From: Utricularia gibba
Taxonomy: Eukaryota; Plantae; Magnoliophyta
Direction: 5' to 3'
DNA: 36,064 nt
NCBI GenBank assembly: GCA_002189035.1
Contig: NEEC01000369.1
Location: forward strand, 1-36,064
A program made the position numbers and the translations under genes. A model generated the notes under the pieces. The model was not told where the DNA came from and did no database searches. It saw only the letters and a program-made list of their open reading frames with translations. Position 1 is the stretch's first letter; every line of letters starts with the position of its first letter. Shown one piece after another: positions 1-9,600 of this stretch.

Positions 1-3000
1 TTACGATATCACGTGCACCCCCACATGATTTTCAACAACTTACTTTATACTTGAGAAGGCGGTCTTGGGGTGCACCAAGAACGGGACAAAGGTCAGGTTT
101 GGCTTGCACCGAGAGTTAGTTGTAGCCCGGCAAATAAAGTGATGTATTTATTAACGTTCGGTTTTCGGAAGCTGCCTAAATGCTTTTTGAAAGAACATCT
201 TCTCTCGTTTTTTGGCGGCCAGTCTCGCTGGGAACTTGGTCTTTGACCCCGGTTCTGTATCGCTCATGGGGTCAATCGGATGTAAATCGATGAAAAAAAA
301 TGATGCATTTGTTTAAATTACGATATCACGTGCACCCACATCATTTTTTTCAACTACTTATACTTTCTTGGGGGGAGGAACCGGACGGTTTGCTGGCTTG
401 GGCGAAAGTAAGTTGTAGCCCGGCAAAGAAAGTGAAGTATTTATTAACGTTCGTTTTCGAGATTGCCTACATGGTTTTTCAAGGAACAACTTCTCCTTTA
501 GTGGCGGCCAGTCTCGCTAGGAACTTGGTCCGGGCCCTGATTCTTTATGGCTCAAGAGGACAAAAGGATGCAAATCGATGAATACAATGATGCATTTGTT
601 AAATTACGATATCACGTGCACCCCACATCATTTTTTCAACAACTTACTTTATACTTGAAGAGGCGGTCTTGGGGTGCACCTAGAACGGACAAAGGTCAGG
701 TTGGGCTTTGCCAGAGAGTAGTTGTAGCCCGGCAAAGAAAGTGATGTATTTATTAACGTTCGGTTTTCGGGTTGCCTACATGGTTTTTCAAGAAAAGCTT
801 CTCGTTTTGTGGCGGCTGCTCTCGCTGGGAACTTGGTCCGGGCCCCTGATTCTATATGGCTCATGAGGTCAACCAGATGCAAATCGATGAATATAATGAT
901 GCATTTGTTTAAATTACGATATCACGTGCACCCTACATCATTTTTTCAACAACTTACTTTATACTTGAGGAGGTGGTCTTGGGGGGCAAGAGGAACGGAC
1001 AAAGGTCAGCTAGGCTTGGGCGAAAGTAAGTTGTAGCCCGGCAAAGAAAGTGATGTATGTATTTACGTTCGGTTTTCGGGGTTGCTTACATGGTTTTTCA
1101 AGGAACAACTTCTCCTTTAGTGGCGGCCAGTCTCGCTAGGAACTTGGTCCGGGCCCTGATTCTTTATGGCTCATGAGGACAAAAGGATGCAAATCGATGA
1201 ATACAATGATGCATTTGTTTAAATTACGATATCACGTGCACCCACATCATTTTTTCAACAACTTACTTTATACTTGAAGAGGCGGTCTTGGGGTGCACCT
1301 AGAACGGGACAAAGGTCAGGTTGGGCTTTGCCAGAGAGTTAGTTGTAGCCCGGCAAAGAAAGTGATGTATTTATTAACGTTCGGTTTTCGGGGTTGCCTA
1401 CATGGTTTTTCAACGAAAAGCTTCTCGTTTTGTGGCGGCCGCTCTCGCAGGGAACTTGGTCCGGGCCCCCGATCTATATGGCTCATGAGGTCAACCAGAT
1501 GCAAATCGATGATGAAGACAAGCATGCTTTTTTTTTAATTACGATATCACGTGCACCCCACATGATTTTTTCAACAACTTACTTTATACTTGAGAAGGCG
1601 GTCTTGGGTGCACCAAGAACGGGACAAAGGTCAGGTTTGGCTTGGGCCGAAAGTAAGTTGTAGCCCGGCAAATAAAGTGATGTATTTATTAACGTTCGGT
1701 TTTCGGAAGCTGCCTAAATGCTTTTTGAAAGAACATCTTCTCGTTTTTTGGCGGCCAGTCTCGCTGGGAACTTGGTCCTTGACCCCGGTTCTATATCGTT
1801 CATGGGGTCAATCGGATGTAAATCGATGAAAAAAAATGATGCATTTGTTTAAATTACGATATCACGTGCACCCCACATGATTTTTTCAACAACTACTTTA
1901 TACTTGAGAGGTGGTCTTGGGGGGAAGAGGAACGGGAAAAAGGTCAGCTTAGGCTTGGCCGAAAGTAAGTTGTAGCCCGAAATAAAGTGATGTATTTATT
2001 AAGTTCGGTTTTCGGGGTTGCCTACATGGTTTTTCAAGGAACATCTTCTCGTTTTGTGGCGCCAGTCTCACTGGGAACTTGGTCCGGACCCCGATTCTTA
2101 TGGCTCATGGGTCAACCGGATGCAAATCGATGAAAAAATGATGCATTTGTTTAAATTACGATATCACGTGCACCCTACATGATTTTTTCAACAACTTACT
2201 TTATACTTGAGGGGGTGGTCTTGGGGGGCAAGAGGAACGGACAAAGGTCAGCATAGGCTTTGGCCGAAAGTAAGTTGTAGCCCGGCAAAGAAAGTGATGT
2301 ATTATTAACGTTCGGTTTTCGGGGTTGCTTACATGGTTTTTCAAGGAACAACTTCTCCTTTAGTGGCGGCCAGTCTCGCTAGGAACTTGGTCCGGGCCCT
2401 GATTCTTTATGGCTCATGAGGAAAAAGGATGCAAATCGATGAATACAATGATGCATTTGTTAAATTACGATATCACGTGCACCCTACATCATTTTTTCAA
2501 CAACTTACTTTATACTTGAGGAGGTGGTCTTGGGGGCAAGAGGAACCGGACAAAGGTCAGCTTAGGCTTGGCCGAAAGTAAGTTGTAGCCCGGCAAAGAA
2601 AGTGATGTATTTATTACGTTCGGTTTTCGGGGTTGCCTACATGGTTTTTCAAGGAACAGCTTCTCGTTTTGTGGCGGCCAGTCTCGCTAGGAACTTGGTC
2701 CGGCCCCTGATTCTTTATGGCTCAAGAGGACAAAAGGATGCAAATCGATGAATACAATGATGCATTTGTTTAAATTACGATATCACGTGCACCCCACATC
2801 ATTTTTTCAACAACTTACTTTATACTTGAAGAGGCGGTCTTGGGGTGCACCTAGAACGGGACAAAGGTCAGGTTGGGCTTTGCCAGAGAGTTAGTTGTAG
2901 CCCGGCAAAGAAAGTGATGTATTTATTAACGTTCGGTTTTCGGGGTTGCCTACATGGTTTTTCAACGAAAAGCTTCTCGTTTTGTGGCGGCCGCTCTCGC

Positions 3001-3392
3001 AGGGAACTTGGTCCGGGCCCCCGATGCTATATGGCTCATGAGGTCAACCAGATGCAAATCGATGAAGACAAGCATGCTTTTTTTAAATTACGATATCACG
3101 TGCAGCCCACATGATTTTTCAACAACTTACTTTATACTTGAGAAGGCGGTCTTGGGGTGCACCAAGAACGGACAAAGGTCAGGTTTGGCTTTGCCGAGAG
3201 TTAGTTGTAGCCCGGCAAAGAAAGTGATGTATTTATTAACGTTCGGTTTTCGGGTTGCCTACATGGTTTTTCAAGGAAAGCTTCTCGTTTTGTGGCGGCG
3301 CTCTCGCTGGGAACTTGGTCCGGCCCCCGATTCTATATGGCTCATGAGGTCAACCAGATGCAAATCGATGAAAAATGATGCATTTGTTTAAA

Positions 3393-3600
3393 TTACGATA
3401 TTTTTTGTAAGTTGTAGCCCGGCAAAGAAAGTGAAGTATTTATTAACGTTCGGTTTCGGGTTGCCTACATGGTTTTTCAAGGAACAACTTCTCCTTTAGT
3501 GGCGGCCAGTCTCGCTAGGAACTTGGTCCGGGCCCCGATTCTTTATGGCTCATGAGGACAAGGATGCAAATCGATGAATACAATGATGCATTTGTTTAAA
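3393..3600. repeat. Internally deleted B-type monomer (208 bp, ~100 bp missing)
   Basis: The sequence reads TTACGATA-TTTTTT-GTAAGTTGTAGCCC. The CACGTGCACCC block and the whole CAACAACTTAC...GAAA segment are absent. The next anchor is at 3601. Confidence 0.9.
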
Positions 3601-6600
3601 TTACGATATCACGTGCACCCCACATCATTTTTTCAACAACTTACTTTATACTTGAGAGGCGGTCTTGGGGTGCACCTAGAACGGGACAAAGGTCAGGTTG
3701 GGCTTTGCCAGAGAGTTAGTTGTAGCCCGGCAAAGAAAGTGATGTATTTATTAACGTTCGGTTTCGGGGTTGCCTACATGGTTTTTCAAGGAAAAGCTTC
3801 TCGTTTTGTGGCGGCTGCTCTCGCTGGAACTTGGTCCGGGCCCCGATTCTATATGGCTCATGAGGTCAACCAGATGCAAATCGATGAATACAATGATGCA
3901 TTTGTTTAAATTACGATATCACGTGCACCCTACATCATTTTTTCAACAACTTACTTTATACTTGAGGGTGGTCTTGGGGGGCAAGAGGAACGGACAAAGG
4001 TCAGCTAGGCTTTGGCCGAAAGTAAGTTGTAGCCCGGCAAAGAAAGTGATGTATTTATTAACGTTCGTTTTCGGGGTTGCCTACATGGTTTTTCAAGGAA
4101 CAATTCTCTTTGTGGCGGCCAGTCTCGCTAGGAACTTGGTCCGGGCCCCTGATTCTTTATGGCTCATGAGGACAAAAGGATGCAAATCGATGAATACAAT
4201 GATGCATTTGTTTAAATTACGATATCACGTGCACCCACATCATTTTTTCAACAACTTACTTTATACTTGAAGAGGCGGTCTTGGGTGCACCTAGAACGGG
4301 ACAAAGGTCAGGTTGGCTTTGCCGAAGTTAGTTGTAGCCCGGCAAAGAAAGTGATGTATTTATTAACGTTCGGTTTTCGGGTTGCCTACATGGTTTTTCA
4401 ACGAAAAGCTTCTCGTTTTGTGGCGGCCTCTCGCAGGGAACTTGGTCCGGGCCCCCGATTCTATATGGCTCATGAGGTCAACCAGATGCAAATCGATGAA
4501 GACAAGCATGCTTTTTTTTTAATTACGATATCACGTGCACCCACATGATTTTTTCAACAACTTACTTTATACTTGAGGAGGCGGTCTTGGGGTGGAACGG
4601 GACAAAGGTCAGGTTGGGCTTTGCGAAGTTAGTTGTAGCCCGGCAAAGAAAGTGATGTATTTATTAACGTTCGGTTTTCGGGGTTGCCACATGGTTTTTC
4701 AAGGAACAGCTTCTCGTTTTGTGGCGGCCAGTCTCGCTAGGAACTTGGTCCGGGCCCCCGATTCTTTATGGCATGAGGACAAAAGGATGCAAATCGATGA
4801 ATACAATGATGCATTTGTTTAAATTACGATATCACGTGCACCCCACATCATTTTTTCAACAACTACTTTATACTTGAAGAGGCGGTCTTGGGGTGCACCT
4901 AGAACGGGACAAAGGTCAGGTTGGCTTTGCCGAAGTTAGTTGTAGCCCGGCAAAGAAAGTGATGTATTTATTAACGTTCGGTTTTCGGGGTTGCCTACAT
5001 GGTTTTTCAAGAAAAGCTTCTCGTTTTGTGGCGGCCGCTCTCGCTGGGAACTTGGTCGGGCCCTGATCTAATGGCTCATGAGGTCAAAGATGCAAATCGA
5101 TGAAGACAAGCATGCTTTTTTTTAAATTACGATATCACGTGCACCCACATGATTTTTTCAACAACTTACTTTATACTTGAGAAGGCGGTCTTGGGGTGCA
5201 CCAAGAACGGGACAAAGGTCAGGTTGGCTTGGAAGTTAGTTGTAGCCCGGCAAAGAAAGTGATGTATTTATTAACGTTCGGTTTTCGGGCTGCCTATTTT
5301 TGAAGAACATCTCGTTTTTTTTGGCGGCCAGTCTCGCTGGGAACTTGGTCACCCCGGTTCTTATCATGGGGTCAATCGGATGCAAATCGATGAAAAAATG
5401 ATGCATTTGTTTAAATTACGATATCACGTGCACCCCACATCATTTTTTCAACAACGTACTTTATACTTGAGGAGGTGGTCTTGGGGGGGGGGAACCGGAC
5501 AAAGGTCATAGGCTTGGGCCGAAAGTAAGTTGTAGCCCGGCAAAGAAAGTGAAGTATTTATTAACGTTCGGTTTTCGGATTGCCTACATGGTTTTTCAAG
5601 GAACAACTTCTCCTTTAGTGGCGGCCAGTCTCGCTAGGAACTTGGTCCGGGCCCCTGATTCTTTATGGCTCATGAGGACAAAGGATGCAAATCGATGAAT
5701 ACAATGATGCATTTGTTTAAATTACGATATCACGTGCACCCCACATCATTTTTTCAACAACTTACTTTATACTTGAAAGGCGGTCTTGGGGTGCACCTAG
5801 AACGGGACAAAGGTCAGGTTGGGCTTTGCCAGAGAGTTGTTGTAGCCCGGCAAAGAAAGTGATGTATTTATTAACGTTCGGTTTTCGGGGTTGCCTACAT
5901 GGTTTTTCAAGAAAAGCTTCTCGTTTTGTGGCGGCCGCTCGCAGGGAACTTGGTCCGGGCCCCGATTCTATATGGCTCATGAGGTCAACCAGATGCAAAT
6001 CGATGAATACAAGATGCTTTTTTTTTAATTACGATATCACGTGCACCCACATCATTTTTTCAACAACTTACTTTATACTTGAGGAGGCGGTCTTGGGTGC
6101 ACCTGGAACGGGACAAAGGTCAGGTTGGCTTTTGCCAGAGAGTAGTTGTAGCCCGCAAAGAAAGTGATGTATTTATTAACGTTCGGTTTTCGGGGTTGCC
6201 TACATGGTTTTTCAAGAAAAGCTTCTCGTTTTGTGGCGGCCAGTCTCGCAGGGAACTTGGTCCGGGCCCCGATTCTTATGGCTCATGAGGTCAACCAGAT
6301 GCAAATCGATGAATACAAGATGCTTTTTTTTTTAAATTACGATATCACGTGCACCCCACATCATTTTTTCAACAACTTACTTTATACTTGAAGAGGCGGT
6401 CTTGGGGTGCACCTAGAACGGGACAAAGGTCAGGTTGGGCTTTGCCAGAGAGTTAGTTGTAGCCCGGCAAAGAAAGTGATGTATTTATTAACGTTCGGTT
6501 TTCGGGGTTGCCTACATGGTTTTTCAACGAAAAGCTTCTCGTTTTGTGGCGGCTGCTCTCGCTGGGAACTTGGTCCGGCCCCCGATGCTATATGGCTCAT

Positions 6601-9600
6601 GAGGTCAACCAGATGCAAATCGATGAAGACAAGCATGCTTTTTTTTTAAATTACGATATCACGTGCACCCCACATGATTTTTTCAACAACTTACTTTATA
6701 CTTGAGAAGGCGGTCTTGGGTGCACCAAGAACGGGACAAAGGTCAGGTTGGCTTGGGCCGAAAGTAAGTTGTAGCCCGGCAAAAAGTGATGTATTTATTA
6801 ACGTTCGGTTTTCGGGTGCCTAAATGGTTTTTGAAAGAACATCTTCTCGTTTTTTGGCGGCCAGTCTCGCTGGGAACTTGGTCCGACCCCGGTTCTATAT
6901 GTTCATGGGGTCAACGGATGCAAATCGATGAAAAAAAATGATGCATTTGTTTAAATTACGATATCACGTGCACCCACATCATTTTTTCAACAACTTACTT
7001 ATACTTGAGTCTTGGGGGAAACGGACAAAGGTCATAGGCTTGGGCCGAAAGTAAGTTGTAGCCCGGCAAAGAAAGTGATGTATTTATTAACGTTCGGTTT
7101 TCGGGTTGCCTACATGGTTTTTCAAGGAACAACTTCTCCTTTTGGCGGCCAGTCTCGCTAGGAACTTGGTCCGGGCCCCTGATTCTTTATGGCTCATGAG
7201 GACAAAAGGATGCAAATCGATGAATACAATGATGCATTTGTTAAATTACGATATCACGTGCACCCCACATCATTTTTTCAACACTTACTTTATACTTGAA
7301 GAGCGGTCTTGGGGTGCACCTAGAACGGGACAAAGGTCAGGTTGGGCTTTGCCAGAGAGTTAGTTGTAGCCCGGCAAAGAAAGTGATGTATTTATTAACG
7401 TTCGGTTTTCGGGTTGCCTACATGGTTTTTCAAGAAAAGCTTCTCGTTTTGTGGCGGCTGTCTCGCTGGGAACTTGGTCCGGGCCCGATTCTATATGGCT
7501 CATGAGGTCAACCAGATGCAAATCGATGAATAAATGATGCATTTGTTTAAATTACGATATCACGTGCACCCACATCATTTTTTTTCAACAACTACTTTAT
7601 ACTTGAGGAGGTGGTCTTGGGGGGCAAGAGGAACCGGACAAAGGTCAGCTTAGGCTTGGGCCGAAAGTAAGTTGTAGCCCGGCAAAGAAAGTGATGTATG
7701 TATTAACGTTCGGTTTTCGGGGTGCCTACATGGTTTTTCAAGGAACAACTTCTCCTTTAGTGGCGGCCAGTCTCGCTAGGAACTTGGTCCGGGCCCTGAT
7801 TCTTTATGGCTCATGAGGACAAAAGGATGCAAATCGATGAATACAATGATGCATTTGTTTAAATTACGATATCACGTGCACCCCACATCATTTTTTCAAC
7901 AACTTACTTTATACTTGAAGAGGCGGTCTTGGGGTGCACCTAGAACGGGACAAAGGTCAGGTTGGGCTTTGCCAGAGAGTTAGTTGTAGCCCGGCAAAGA
8001 AAGTGATGTATTTATTAACGTTCGGTTTTCGGGGTTGCCTACATGGTTTTTCAACGAAAAGCTTCTCGTTTTGTGGCGGCCGCTCTCGCAGGGAACTTGG
8101 TCCGGGCCCCCGATGCTATATGGCTCATGAGGTCAACCAGATGCAAATCGATGAAGACAAGCATGCTTTTTTTTTAATTACGATATCACGTGCAGCCCAC
8201 ATGATTTTTTCAACAACTTACTTTATACTTGAGGAGGCGGTCTTGGGGTGCACCTGGAACGGGATAAAGGTCAGGTTGGGTTTGCCAGAGAGTTAGTTGT
8301 AGCCCGCAAAGAAAGTGTTGTATTTATTAACGTTCGGTTTTCGGGGTTGCCTACATGGTTTTTCAAGAAAAGCTTCTCGTTTTGTGGCGGCCTCTCGCAG
8401 GGAACTTGGTCCGGGCCCCATGCTATATGGCTCATGAGGTCAAAGATGCAAATCGATGAAAAAGATGCTTTTTTTTAATTACGATATCACGTGCACCCAC
8501 ATCATTTTTTCAACAACTACTTTATACTTGAAGAGGCGGTCTTGGGGTGCACCTAACGGGACAAAGGTCAGGTTGGGCTTTGCCAGAAGTTAGTTGTAGC
8601 CCGGCAAAGAAAGTGATGTATTTATTAACGTTCGGTTTTCGGGGTTGCCTACATGGTTTTTCAAGAAAAGCTTCTCGTTTTGGCGGCTGCTCTCGCTGGA
8701 AACTTGGTCCGGGCCCCCGATTCTATATGGCTCATGAGGTCAACCAGATGCAAATCGATGAAACAAGATGCTTTTTTTTAAATTACGATATCACGTGCAC
8801 CCCACATGATTTTTTCAACAACTTACTTTATACTTGAGAAGGCGGTCTTGGGTGCACCAAGAACGGGACAAAGGTCAGGTTTGGCTTGGGCCGAAAGTAA
8901 GTTGTAGCCGCAAATAAAGTGATGTATTTATTAACGTTCGGTTTTCGGGCTGCCTAAATGGTTTTTGAAAGAACATCTTCTCGTTTTTGGGCGGCCAGTC
9001 TCGCTGGGAACTTGGTCCGACCCCGGTTCTATATGGCTCATGGGTCAAGGATGCAAATCGATGAAAAAAAATGATGCATTTGTTTAAATTACGATATCAC
9101 GTGCACCCTACATGATTTTTTCAACAACTTACTTTATACTTGAGAGGTGGTCTTGGGGGGGAGAACGGGAAAAAGGTCAGCTTAGGCTTGGCCGAAAGTA
9201 AGTTGTAGCCCGCAAAAAAGTGATGTATTTATTAACGTTCGGTTTTCGGGGTTGCCTACATGGTTTTTCAAGGAACATTCTCGTTTTTGGCGGCCAGTCT
9301 CACTGGGAACTTGGTCCGGCCCCGATTCTTATGGCTCATGGGTCAACCGGATGCAAATCGATGAATAAATGATGCATTTGTTTAAATTACGATATCACGT
9401 GCACCCTACATGATTTTTTCAACAACTTACTTTATACTTGAGGAGGTGGTCTTGGGGGCAAGGAACCGGACAAAGGTCAGCATAGGCTTTGGCCGAAAGT
9501 AAGTTGTAGCCCGGCAAAGAAAGTGATGTATTATTAACGTTCGGTTTTCGGGGTTGCTTACATGGTTTTTCAAGGAACAACTTCTCCTTTAGTGGCGGCC

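Noticed and set aside
758-772. CENP-B-box-like TTCG...CGGG motif (GTTCGGTTTTCGGG)
   Set aside because: The spacer is 5 nt and lacks the required A, whereas the CENP-B box is TTCG-N4-A-N2-CGGG. CENP-B binding is also not an established plant centromere feature.
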